From assembly GCA_963705305.1 (NCBI GenBank), contig OY970067.1, positions 5,344,001-5,408,000 on the forward strand: a DNA stretch of 64,000 bases, written 5' to 3'. Below the pieces are notes generated by a model. That model made no database searches and was not told the origin of the DNA. It saw nothing but the letters and a program-made list of their open reading frames with translations. Made by a program: the position numbers and the translations under genes. The DNA comes from an uncultured Methylomirabilota bacterium. Lineage in GTDB: Bacteria > Methylomirabilota > Methylomirabilia > Methylomirabilales > 2-02-FULL-66-22. Shown here piece by piece: positions 48,835 to 57,670 of the stretch (the stretch's first letter is position 1; the number at the start of each line of letters is the position of its first letter).

Positions 48835-51270
48835 TCAGCACATCGACGCCGGGTCCACATCCAGATCCAGGCGCACGCCGCGCGCGCCGGCGGAGGCCCG
48901 GAAGCGGCGGGCAGCCTCCTGCACGGCGGCATGGAGCCGCCGCGTGTCCTTCCCCCGCACCAGCACATGCCAGCGGTACCGGCCGCGAACGCGATAGCGC
49001 TGCGCGGGCGCGGGGCCGCTGAGACTGTCGGGCCTCACCCCCGCCGCACGCAGCTGGGTCGCCAGCTCCTCAGCCGCGGCCTCGGCCAACTGCTCCTGCG
49101 GGCTGCTGAGAACCCCCAGGACGGCCCGCGAGAATGGCGGCAGCCCCTGCTCGCGCCGGAGGGCGCCCTCGGCCTCCCACAGGGCATCGTAGTCCTGAGC
49201 CTGCACCGTCCGCAGGATGTAGTGGTCTGGGTTGAAGGTCTGAATCACGGCCAGGCCCGGACGATCGCCCCGCCCCGCGCGGCCCACCACCTGGGTGAGG
49301 AGGGCGAAGGCCCGCTCCCCCGCCCGGAAGTCGGGCAGGTGCAGGGCCATGTCCGCCGAGACCACCCCCACCAGCGTCAGGTTCGGCACGTCGTGCCCCT
49401 TCCCCGTCATCTGGGTCCCGACCAGGATGTCGATCTCCCCCCGGGCCAGGCGGTCCAGCGTGTCCCCCGCCGCCCGCCAGGTTCGCGTGCTGTCGCGGTC
49501 CATGCGGACGACCCGTGCCGCGGGAAAGCGCTCCCGCACGGCGGCCTCGACCTGCTGCGTCCCGACCCCCAGGTACCGCAGAACGCTCCCCTGGCAGTGC
49601 GGACAGCGCTCGGGCGGCCGCCGCTCGAAATCGCAGGTGTGGCAGCGCAGCCGCCCGCGGGAGGCGTGGTACGTCAGCGACACGCTGCAATGGGGGCAGT
49701 CCGCCGTGCTCCCGCACTCCTGGCAGAGCAAGAGCGTGGAAAATCCCCGGCGGTTCAGGAACAGCAGCGACTGCTCCCCATGCTTGAGCCGCTCGGCCAG
49801 CGCGGTGCAGAGCGGCGGGGACAGCAATCGCTGGCCGCTCTCCACCCGGCGCAGGTCCACGATCTCCACCCGGGGCAGCGGCCGCGCCTCGATCCGGTCC
49901 GCCAGGCGGACCAGCCGGTAGCGTCCGGCCCGGACCCGCTCGTAGCTTTCCAGGGAGGGGGTTGCCGATCCCAGGACGACCGGCGCGCCCAGCATCTTGG
50001 CCCGCATGACGGCCACGTCGCGGCCGTGGTAGCGCGGCGCCTCTTCCTGTTTGTAGGAAGGGTCGTGCTCCTCGTCCACCACCAGAATGCCCAGGCGCGG
50101 GAGGGGCGCGAACACGGCCGAGCGCGCCCCCACGACGATGTCGGCCGCCCCGGCGCGGATGCGACGCCAGGCGTCGTATCGCTCTCCCCCCTTGAGGCCG
50201 CTGTGCAGGACCGCCACCCGCTCTCCGAAGCGCGCCAGGAAGCGCTGCACGGTGAGCGGGGTGAGGGAGATCTCGGGGACCAGAACCAGTGCCTGTCCGC
50301 CCGCTTGGATCGCGATCTGGATGGCCTGGAGATACACCTCGGTCTTCCCCGACCCGGTCACGCCGTGGAGCAGGAGCGGCAGGAACGCCTTCTGCGCCAG
50401 CGCCGCCCGGACGACCTCCACCGCCTCCGCCTGGGCGGGGGCGAGTACCCGTGGAGTGTCGGCCGGTACCGCGATCGCTCCTGGGGCAAAGGGATCCCGG
50501 GTGATCTCCTGCTGTCGGACCTGGACCAGCCCTTTGTGGATCAGGGCAGCCAGCGCGGCGGGGTTGCCCGCCGCGGCGTCGGCCCGGGGCAGCCCCTCGG
50601 GGACTTGCGCCAGCGCCCGCAGGATGGCCCGCTGCTTGGCGGCCCGCGGGGAGAGTGCGGCCTGCTCGGCATCCACACCGGCAGCCAGGGTGCAGAGGGG
50701 CACGGCGGAGGGCCGGACGCGGGGTGGTCGGAATTCGCTGACAAGATCCACCAGGCCGCGGCGGGCCAGGACCTGGACCACCGACCGCGCGCGGGGCCAG
50801 CGCCGCTCCAGGACCGACAGCGCCACGGCCCCTCGCTCCTGCAGCAGAAACAGCAGGTCCCGCTCCGCCGGACGCAGGAGGCCGCCGGCGTCCGCCAATG
50901 ACTCCGCGGCGGCGGTCGCCCGCGCCACCTGCCGGGTGAGACCGTCGATGCCCGGCGGCAGCGCCGTTCGAATGACCTCTCCCCAGGGGCAGAGGTAGTA
51001 CTCGGCGACCCAGCGGGTCAAGCCGAGCAGATGCGCGTCCAAGAGGGGCTCGGCGTCGAGGACTTCGCAGAGGTCCTTCGTCTTCCCCACCGGCGAGCGA
51101 TCACGCACCGCCACCAGGTACCCGGTAGTTGCCCGCTTGCCCAGGGGCAGGAGGGCCCGCTTGCCGGGCGCGGCGAGCCCCCGCCATTCCTCCGGCACCC
51201 GGTAGGTGAGCGGCGTCTCGATGGAAGCGGGGAAGACCGCGTCGACGTAGGCGGGGGAGTCCGTCTTCAT
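48835..51270 (-). CDS. priA: primosomal protein N' (replication restart helicase)
   Basis: GVTGSGKTEVY, VPEISLT, DEEHD, LNRRGF, four CxxC pairs, PDFRAGER. Confidence 0.97.
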   Translation of the reverse strand: MKTDSPAYVDAVFPASIETPLTYRVPEEWRGLAAPGKRALLPLGKRATTGYLVAVRDRSPVGKTKDLCEVLDAEPLLDAHLLGLTRWVAEYYLCPWGEVIRTALPPGIDGLTRQVARATAAAESLADAGGLLRPAERDLLFLLQERGAVALSVLERRWPRARSVVQVLARRGLVDLVSEFRPPRVRPSAVPLCTLAAGVDAEQAALSPRAAKQRAILRALAQVPEGLPRADAAAGNPAALAALIHKGLVQVRQQEITRDPFAPGAIAVPADTPRVLAPAQAEAVEVVRAALAQKAFLPLLLHGVTGSGKTEVYLQAIQIAIQAGGQALVLVPEISLTPLTVQRFLARFGERVAVLHSGLKGGERYDAWRRIRAGAADIVVGARSAVFAPLPRLGILVVDEEHDPSYKQEEAPRYHGRDVAVMRAKMLGAPVVLGSATPSLESYERVRAGRYRLVRLADRIEARPLPRVEIVDLRRVESGQRLLSPPLCTALAERLKHGEQSLLFLNRRGFSTLLLCQECGSTADCPHCSVSLTYHASRGRLRCHTCDFERRPPERCPHCQGSVLRYLGVGTQQVEAAVRERFPAARVVRMDRDSTRTWRAAGDTLDRLARGEIDILVGTQMTGKGHDVPNLTLVGVVSADMALHLPDFRAGERAFALLTQVVGRAGRGDRPGLAVIQTFNPDHYILRTVQAQDYDALWEAEGALRREQGLPPFSRAVLGVLSSPQEQLAEAAAEELATQLRAAGVRPDSLSGPAPAQRYRVRGRYRWHVLVRGKDTRRLHAAVQEAARRFRASAGARGVRLDLDVDPASMC

Positions 51271-51292
51271 GGCGCGCTGCTGGCCTCCCGCC

Positions 51293-51988
51293 TCAGCCGG
51301 GGCGGACGCGCTGCATCTCCCGCAGGAGCAGCTTCATGTCCTCCCAGACCGTCTTCTTTTCGTGCGGGTTCCGCAGGAGGTAGGCGGGATGGAAGGTGGG
51401 CAGCAGCGGGACCCCGTGGAAGTCGACAAAACGCCCGCGCAGCCGGGAGATGGGCTCCTTGGTGCGCAGCAGGGTCTGGGCGGCGGGACCGCCCAAGGCG
51501 CAGATGAACTTGGGGCGGATGGCCTGAAGCTGCTTCAGGAGGAACGGCTCGCAGGCCAAAATCTCGTCGGCCTCGGGGGTTCGGTTGTTGGGCGGGCGGC
51601 ACTTGATGATGTTGCAGATGTAGACCTCCTCCCGCTTCATCCCCATGGCCTCGATGATCTTGGTGAGGAGCTGTCCCGCTCGCCCCACGAACGGCTCCCC
51701 CTGCGCATCCTCGTCGGCGCCGGGCGCCTCCCCCACGAAGACCAGCTCCGCCTTCGGATTCCCGACGCCGAAGACGATCGTGTGCCGCCCGTGATGCAGC
51801 TTGCAGCGGGTGCATTCTCCCAGCTCCGCCTGCACCTCGGGCAGCGTGGGGGGCGGGGCCGCCTCCGCTTCGGCCTGTTCCGGCCAGCGGGCGTCCACGT
51901 ATTCCAGGCCCCGCTCGTATTCCACCTGCAAAATGGTGCGAAGGTCCTCGACGATCTCGCCGAGACCTTGTCTGGAGTCTTTGTCCAT
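51293..51988 (-). CDS. family 4 (Fe-S) uracil-DNA glycosylase
   Basis: [38 protein letters not shown]. Confidence 0.95.
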   Translation of the reverse strand: MDKDSRQGLGEIVEDLRTILQVEYERGLEYVDARWPEQAEAEAAPPPTLPEVQAELGECTRCKLHHGRHTIVFGVGNPKAELVFVGEAPGADEDAQGEPFVGRAGQLLTKIIEAMGMKREEVYICNIIKCRPPNNRTPEADEILACEPFLLKQLQAIRPKFICALGGPAAQTLLRTKEPISRLRGRFVDFHGVPLLPTFHPAYLLRNPHEKKTVWEDMKLLLREMQRVRPG

Positions 51989-52139
51989 CTACGCTCCGTA
52001 CGCCCGCCGCGCCTTCACTCCGGAATCACGCCCCATTGCCTGCCCGCGCTCCTCCGCCGCTTCTCCCTCTCACCCCGGCCCCCCCTCACCCCTGCTCTTC
52101 GTGGCGTCCTTGCGTGAGGCGATCCTCTTCGGATTTGGA

Positions 52140-53348
52140 CTAGTTTTTGGCCCGCTCCGCCAGGAGTTTGACCAGCCGATCCAGGATCCGGCCGGCGACC
52201 TCCCGTTTCGAGAGCAGCGGCAGCTCTTCCAGCCCGCCCTTCGCATCCAGGATCTTCACCACATTCGTCTCGGCATCGAAGCCGGCCCCCGGCTGGCTCA
52301 CATCGTTGGCGACCATGAGGTCGACGTGCTTGCGGCCGAGCTTCTCGCGCGCGTTGCGCACCAGGTCCTCCGTCTCGGCCGCGAAACCAACCAGGATCCG
52401 TCCCTCCTTGCGCTTCCCCACCTCCGCCAGGATATCCGGGGTCGGTTCCAGCGCGATGTCGAGACGTGCCTCCTTCTTCTTGATCTTGCGGCCGGCCGCG
52501 TGCACCGGCCGGTAGTCCGCCACCGCCGCCGCCTTGATCACGACCGTGGCGGCGGGCAGCCTGGCCAGGACCGCCTCGAACATCTGCTGGGCCGTCTCGA
52601 CGTGGGCCACATCCACCCCCGGGGGCGCGGAGAGCGCCGTGGGGCCGCTGACCAGGATGACCGCGGCGCCGCGGGCCGCGGCGGCCTCGGCCAGAGCATA
52701 CCCCATCTTTCCCGACGAGCGATTGGAGAAGTAGCGGATAGGATCCAGAGGCTCGCGGGTGGGGCCTGCCGTCACCAGCACCGTCTGCGACGCGAGGTCG
52801 CCCGAGCGACGGAGAATCCGCTCGATGGCCGCCATGATCTCCGGAATGTCGGCCAGACGCCCGGGGCCGACCAGGCCGGACGCCAGCTCGCCGCTGCCCG
52901 GTCCGACCACGTGCACCCCGCGCTCGCGCAGGCGCTGCAGATTCTCCTGCACCGCGGGATGGGTGTACATGTCGCTGTCCATGGCCGGCGCCACCAGCAG
53001 CGGGCAGCGGCTGGCGAGATAGATGTTGCTGAGAAAATCGTCGGCTAGCCCCAAGGCCAGCCGTGCGATCGTCCGCGCCGTGGCCGGGGCCACCACGAAC
53101 AGCTCGGCGCGCCGCCCGCTCTCGATGTGCCCGATCCGCGACCCATAGGCCAGCGAGTACATGTCCAGGAGCACCGGCTGGTGCGACAACGTCTCGAACG
53201 TCAGCGGGGTCACGAACCTGGTGGCCGCTTCGGTCATCACGACCTGGACTTCGGCCCCGCGCCTCGTCAGCTGGCGCACCAGCTCCACCGCCTTGTACGC
53301 GGCGATGCCCCCTGTGACCCCGAGCAGGATCCGTTTTCCCTTCAGCAC
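52140..53348 (-). CDS. coaBC: bifunctional phosphopantothenoylcysteine decarboxylase/synthetase
   Basis: GVTGGIAAYK, APAMD, TAGPTREPLDPIRY, SSGKMG, AAVADY, VGFAAET. Confidence 0.97.
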   Translation of the reverse strand: MLKGKRILLGVTGGIAAYKAVELVRQLTRRGAEVQVVMTEAATRFVTPLTFETLSHQPVLLDMYSLAYGSRIGHIESGRRAELFVVAPATARTIARLALGLADDFLSNIYLASRCPLLVAPAMDSDMYTHPAVQENLQRLRERGVHVVGPGSGELASGLVGPGRLADIPEIMAAIERILRRSGDLASQTVLVTAGPTREPLDPIRYFSNRSSGKMGYALAEAAAARGAAVILVSGPTALSAPPGVDVAHVETAQQMFEAVLARLPAATVVIKAAAVADYRPVHAAGRKIKKKEARLDIALEPTPDILAEVGKRKEGRILVGFAAETEDLVRNAREKLGRKHVDLMVANDVSQPGAGFDAETNVVKILDAKGGLEELPLLSKREVAGRILDRLVKLLAERAKN

Positions 53349-53435
53349 GACTGCACCTCACTCCCTGCCGGCACCAGCAAGGCCGTCACCCCGGCCGAGG
53401 CCCTTCGACAATAGCGCTCTCCCATCCGTACCAAC

Positions 53436-53525
53436 GTCCAACGGTAGCGATCACCGGGCCGCAGACAAGCAATCATCCTTCGGCAAGTGACCCGATCGCG
53501 GCTCCGGTGCATCGCACGGTTCGGC
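53436..53525 (-). mobile_element. integron attC recombination site (complete, about 90 bp)
   Basis: Minus strand R'' GCCGAAC, L'' GCGATGCACCGG, L' CCGGTGATCGC (one extra G in L''), R' GTTGGAC. Confidence 0.85.
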
Positions 53526-53556
53526 GATCGACCGGAAACCCACAGCCATCAGAAGG

Positions 53557-53754
53557 TCACGCCGCCTCGACGGCGGGCAGGCTGAGGTATTCGCGGACTT
53601 CCAACTGCATCCGGTCGATCTCCGCCAGGAACCCCGATGCCGACAATCGGTAATTCACCGGATTCGTTTCGACCTTGCGAAGATGCGCCAGTTGGGCCTG
53701 GAAGTGCCGAATGCGCTCCAGCATCGCCTCCAGTTCTTGGTCGCTTCTTATCAT
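53557..53754 (-). CDS. 65-aa helical protein, partner of the nucleotidyltransferase (cassette gene 2)
   Basis: ATGA overlap with upstream gene; amphipathic two-helix pattern. Confidence 0.8.
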   Translation of the reverse strand: MIRSDQELEAMLERIRHFQAQLAHLRKVETNPVNYRLSASGFLAEIDRMQLEVREYLSLPAVEAA

Positions 53755-54197
53755 GGCATCTCCTCGCCGATTTCCACTATGCTGCGGCGGCCACCTTCAC
53801 GCTTCACTTGCCAGTATTCTATCGCAGTTTGCTCGCCGCCGAAAGCGGCCAGACGGCGCACCCAGAACACGCTGGCACCGAAGTGAGCGTCCGATGCAGA
53901 ATGATCGAAGACCAGGGCCGCTTCGCTCGGCAGAGTGCCGCTGTCGAACGCGTCATCCATTACGAGAAACACATCCACATCGCGGGGTTCCGGTTTCTCC
54001 GTAACGAACGAACCGAACACCACGAACCGGGCCAAATGCCCGGCGGCTTGGGCCAAACGATAGATTCGCTCGAGGCGTTCCGCGACAGCCATCCGTTGTC
54101 GGGAGCCCGTGCCAAAACGATCGAGCACCTCCCGCAATGATGCCCGATGCACACCGGGTGGCAAGTCCCCAGCGCTTGTGAACGGTGGCAACGGCAC
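53751..54197 (-). CDS. minimal Pol-beta-superfamily nucleotidyltransferase (DUF6932-like; cassette gene 1)
   Basis: GDLPPGVH N-terminus; FGSFVTEKPEPRDVDV matches hGS..DxD. Confidence 0.8.
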   Translation of the reverse strand: MPLPPFTSAGDLPPGVHRASLREVLDRFGTGSRQRMAVAERLERIYRLAQAAGHLARFVVFGSFVTEKPEPRDVDVFLVMDDAFDSGTLPSEAALVFDHSASDAHFGASVFWVRRLAAFGGEQTAIEYWQVKREGGRRSIVEIGEEMP

Positions 54198-54218
54198 CCG
54201 GCACCCCCATTCTCTGTC

Positions 54219-54257
54219 GCCGAACGCCCGCGCTTAGCGGCCGGAGGGCGAGCAGCG
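54219..54257 (-). mobile_element. right half of an attC site (truncated)
   Basis: Minus strand ..GCCGCTAAGCGCGGGC GTTCGGC; no matching left arm upstream. Confidence 0.65.
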
Positions 54258-54707
54258 TAACCCATCACCCACACTCCGGCAGCGTCCCGGATGAGCCGCG
54301 TCAAGTGGGTGGCGGCGTTCGCCCGCGGTGATGCGTAGTCACGCGCGAGTCGTCTCTCAGTTGCGATGGCGTCAGCCGCCAAGCGACACCGGATGCCATG
54401 GTCAAAGAGAAAGCCGGCCTCCCGAAAAGCCTCAAGCGTGGGCGAGGCGACGATGCCGCCACGACAAAGTTCGCGGAGCAGGATGGTTCTGACTACGACC
54501 TTCTCGGCCGCATCGTAAAAGTACGCAGTGCTCGACGAGCCAGGGTTCCGCTGTGGAGACGATGCATTCATCTGAGAGAACCGAAGCCCGGAATTCATCA
54601 AGAATTCCTTCGACTGGGAAATGGACCATATCCCTCTTTGTGACGTATTCAATCGGGTAGTCACGATTGAGCCGATCCAAGATCGCGATGATGTTCTCCG
54701 TTTTCAT
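54258..54707 (-). pseudogene. disrupted hypothetical cassette gene
   Basis: ATG 5 nt after R' GTTGGCG; MKTENII.. frame stops at 54432, while a second frame (YFYDAAEK..) runs into the half attC. Confidence 0.5.
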
Positions 54708-54712
54708 TCTAT

Positions 54713-54772
54713 CGCCAACGTTAGCCATGAGCGGCGCGCGGAACGCGCGTACGCTCCATGGCTTGGCTCGGT
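54713..54772 (-). mobile_element. integron attC site (60 bp, R'' mutated)
   Basis: Minus strand ACCGAGC-caa-GCCATGGAGCG..CGCTCATGGC-taac-GTTGGCG; begins 3 nt after the GNAT stop. Confidence 0.85.
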
Positions 54773-54775
54773 GCG

Positions 54776-55121
54776 TCACTTATTCGGTATTATCTCAAGA
54801 GTCAGGGCGCAGTCGGAATATCCCATGGCCCTCCAGAACTCCACCGCGGATTCATTCCTGCACAGCACCTCGACCACAAGTCTTTTCTCTTTCGACCAGA
54901 CAGTATTAAACAGAATCGTCATCGCTCGCCTGCCTATGCCCTGTCTCCGCCGGCCTCTCGCGACAAAGAGCTGCCGAGTATTCGCTTTGAATCCAACCAT
55001 TCATCCTCTCTCGCAACTCGGGAACCCTCATCGGGTTGCGGTGCCCTTCGTCGCGAAGGAGTTGATGGTTCCATTCGGCCAGCAAATCCAAGTCACTTGT
55101 TGTGGCAATGCGATGGTTCAT
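54776..55121 (-). pseudogene. GNAT acetyltransferase cassette gene with internal deletion/frameshift
   Basis: N-half DLLAEWNHQLLRDEGHRNPM..EYSA; C-half RQLFVARGRRRQGIGRR..AVEFW in another frame. Confidence 0.8.
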
Positions 55122-55130
55122 CTTCTTCAC

Positions 55131-55160
55131 ACCGAACGACAGATATACAGTCTGTATAAA
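55131..55160 (-). mobile_element. probable attI site / first cassette junction
   Basis: Minus strand TTTATACAGACTGTATATCTGTC-GTTCGGT; the core site is not preceded by an attC hairpin. Confidence 0.55.
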
Positions 55161-55300
55161 CCCTCAACCACAGACCGTGCGTGTTTGTATAAGACGCTCC
55201 ACAGTTTCATGAGAAGATCTCATAACTTCAACCCTCCGAGCCCTTCCGCGCCTTCGAGGGCTCCGGTGAGATTCGGCTTATGCAGACTGCATAAGATGCC

Positions 55301-55339
55301 TCAGGGCCCGTCCGCGGAGCTGCGCATACCAGGCCTTCC
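55301..55339 (-). pseudogene. C-terminal relic of an integron integrase
   Basis: Translates GRPGMRSSADGP*, similar to the IntI ending GxxGVRSPxD; lies just upstream of the attI-like region. Confidence 0.45.
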
Positions 55340-55357
55340 TTGGGGGCCTGTAGGCCG

Positions 55358-55603
55358 TTACATCGAGATGAGTTTCTTCGTGTCGTCATAGAGGGTATCG
55401 GGACATATGTCCTGCTCGTGAGGCCAGACGACGGTGCTGCCTACTGCACGAGCCTGCCTGAAGTAGCTGAGGTCGCGGAATTCTTTGAAGACTCCGATAT
55501 CCAAGAGGGGGGGGCAGTCGAAGACACCGATTTCTCCATTGGAGAACGTAATTTCAAGCTTGTAGTCGTCTTTCGGAATGACCGCCTTCACTCTGGGGTT
55601 CAT
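55358..55603 (-). CDS. DUF2442 domain protein (putative antitoxin)
   Basis: YKLEITFSNGEIGVFD..TVVWPHEQDICPDTLY. Confidence 0.88.
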   Translation of the reverse strand: MNPRVKAVIPKDDYKLEITFSNGEIGVFDCPPLLDIGVFKEFRDLSYFRQARAVGSTVVWPHEQDICPDTLYDDTKKLISM

Positions 55604-55606
55604 CGC

Positions 55607-55875
55607 TCACCTCAAAGGATCGATCCTGAAAGGCTGTTGGCCGCTTGCCGCAAGCTGCAGTCCGCCAACAGGTCATCCCTGTGGATCTCGACCTATGCAA
55701 GAACCAGCCTCATCTTTCCGGGAGGAATGGCCCCTTCCAGTAATTCTCCATCGGGGATGCCGACCACGGCCTCATCGTCTTGATACTTGACATGGATGTG
55801 TGGGCGGTTGTGCCGCTTGCTGTCCATGAAGTACAACGAAACTATTATACCGTAGAACATGGATATTACAGGCAT
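55607..55875 (-). pseudogene. DUF4160 domain protein (putative toxin), inactivated
   Basis: MPVISMFYGIIV..HNRPHIHVKY; TAG at 55693 in place of Trp, plus a 1-nt deletion before QLAASGQQPFRIDPLR*. Confidence 0.85.
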
Positions 55876-55912
55876 ACGTCCTCCCCCCGCATCATAATCA
55901 GTGCATGAGGAA

Positions 55913-56803
55913 TCATAGAAAGATCCCCGCGGCCTGCCTGGGCTGGATGCCCAGGACGTCTGCCACCGGCTGGCACTTGATGGTGAAAAGGCAGAAGACC
56001 TCGGCCGACAGCTCCCGCCGGTGCTCGGAGAACACGTAGTAGTTGGCCTGGCCCTTGGCGATGATCAGCCGCGCCGCCTTGAGCGCGCGCTTGAGGTCCG
56101 GCGAGGCCTCCTCCCACGAGATTCCCAGCGTGTCCGGCCCCGCCAGGATCAGCCGGTCTGCCGTCCTGTCCAGCCCGACCATTTGCCCGTCCTCCAGCGT
56201 GGCGTCTGAGGTGATCGGACCGCCCCGCAGGGCCGAGGTGACTGAGCAGCCGTACTGGCGGAGCTCCGCGATGAAGAGCGCGTCCAGGGCGATCTCCCCC
56301 ACGTTGTCATGAATGTAGAGGACGGGCACGCCGAGCTTCACCCGCTCGTACAGGCGGTCCAGGTGGTCCAGGGCGAGTCCTCGCTCCAGGTAGCCCTGGA
56401 GGTGCTGGAGGGTCTTATCCGGCGTGAAGTCGTAGCCGATGCCGACCGTCCGGGAGTCCAGGCTGTTCCCCGCCAGCGCCCAGCGCGCCAGAAAGCGAAA
56501 GCGGGCCAGCCCCTCCAGGCGCGCCGCCTCCTCCCCCAGGCGCCGGGCGATCTCCAGCCCGACCCGGTTCAGCTGTCGCCGCTGCTCCTCGAAGGGCTCG
56601 ACGACACCCGTCTTGCGCTTCAGGATGCGATGCACCTCGGTGATGTAATAGGAGGGGACCCGGTCACAGCCGAAGCTCTCCGCCAGGAACCGCATGGCAC
56701 TCCTGGCGACCCCGAGCTGCTTCACGGGGTCGGACGTCACCTGCCGGGCCGCGGCATAGACGTCTCCCAGAACGCAGGTGAGGCAGGCGGGGGTCGTCTT
56801 CAC
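55913..56803 (-). CDS. DUF89/ARMT1-like damage-control phosphatase
   Basis: CLTC N-terminus, ALAGNSLD, IHDNVGEIALD, IAKGQANY. Confidence 0.9.
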   Translation of the reverse strand: MKTTPACLTCVLGDVYAAARQVTSDPVKQLGVARSAMRFLAESFGCDRVPSYYITEVHRILKRKTGVVEPFEEQRRQLNRVGLEIARRLGEEAARLEGLARFRFLARWALAGNSLDSRTVGIGYDFTPDKTLQHLQGYLERGLALDHLDRLYERVKLGVPVLYIHDNVGEIALDALFIAELRQYGCSVTSALRGGPITSDATLEDGQMVGLDRTADRLILAGPDTLGISWEEASPDLKRALKAARLIIAKGQANYYVFSEHRRELSAEVFCLFTIKCQPVADVLGIQPRQAAGIFL

Positions 56804-57618
56804 CGGCGGATCTCCGGCGGGGTGAAGCCTTCGGGAGCGTGGTTAAGCGGCCGCCGGCCGCCGCCGATCCGGGGAGCCGTGCGGATCGCCAGCTCGATGT
56901 AGGCCTGCGCCGCGGCCACCGCCTCCGGCACGGGAAGCCCCCTGGCCAGGCACGCCGCGATGGCCGAGGACAGGGTGCACCCCGTCCCGTGGAATTCCCC
57001 CGGCACGCGCGCCGCCTCCCGCCGGACGAACTCCCGCCCGTCGTACAGCAGGTCCACCACCTTCTCGCCCGGCAGATGTCCCCCCTTGATCAGGACGTAC
57101 GCGGGCCCCATGTCGTGGATGACCCGGGCTGCCTCTCGCATCTCCTCCTCGGTCTCGATCTTCCGCTCGCACAGGAAGGTTGCCTCGTCCAGGTTGGGCG
57201 TGACCACCGTGGCCAGGGGGAACAGATGCCGGCGCATGACGGGCGCCGCCTCGTGCTGCATCAGCGCGTCGCCGCTGGCGGCAATCATCACGGGGTCCAC
57301 CACGAGGTTCGGCAGGCGGCGCTCCTGGGCCACCCCTGCCACCGTGCGGATGATGTCCCCGGTGGCCAGCATGCCGGTCTTGGCGGCGTCGGCACCGATG
57401 TCATCCAACACGGCCGTGAGCTGGGCCGCGATAAACTCGCAGGGGGGCAGCTCGACCCCGTGGACCCCCCGCGTGTTCTGGGCCGTCAAGCCGGTGACGG
57501 CCGACATGCCGAACACGCGAAAGGCCGAGAACGTCTTCAGGTCGGCCTGGATCCCGGCCCCTCCTCCGGAATCCGAGCCGGCAATGGTGAGGGCGACTGG
57601 AAGGCTTCGGACAGGCAT
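56800..57618 (-). CDS. thiD: hydroxymethylpyrimidine/phosphomethylpyrimidine kinase
   Basis: IAGSDSGGGAGIQADLK, KTGML, VVDPVM, TPNLDE, IKGGH, HGTGCTLS. Confidence 0.96.
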   Translation of the reverse strand: MPVRSLPVALTIAGSDSGGGAGIQADLKTFSAFRVFGMSAVTGLTAQNTRGVHGVELPPCEFIAAQLTAVLDDIGADAAKTGMLATGDIIRTVAGVAQERRLPNLVVDPVMIAASGDALMQHEAAPVMRRHLFPLATVVTPNLDEATFLCERKIETEEEMREAARVIHDMGPAYVLIKGGHLPGEKVVDLLYDGREFVRREAARVPGEFHGTGCTLSSAIAACLARGLPVPEAVAAAQAYIELAIRTAPRIGGGRRPLNHAPEGFTPPEIRR

Positions 57619-57670
57619 CCTGCGTCTCCTTGCGGACAGCTCGCAGCAGCGTCGCGGTCCCGGCGACCTC

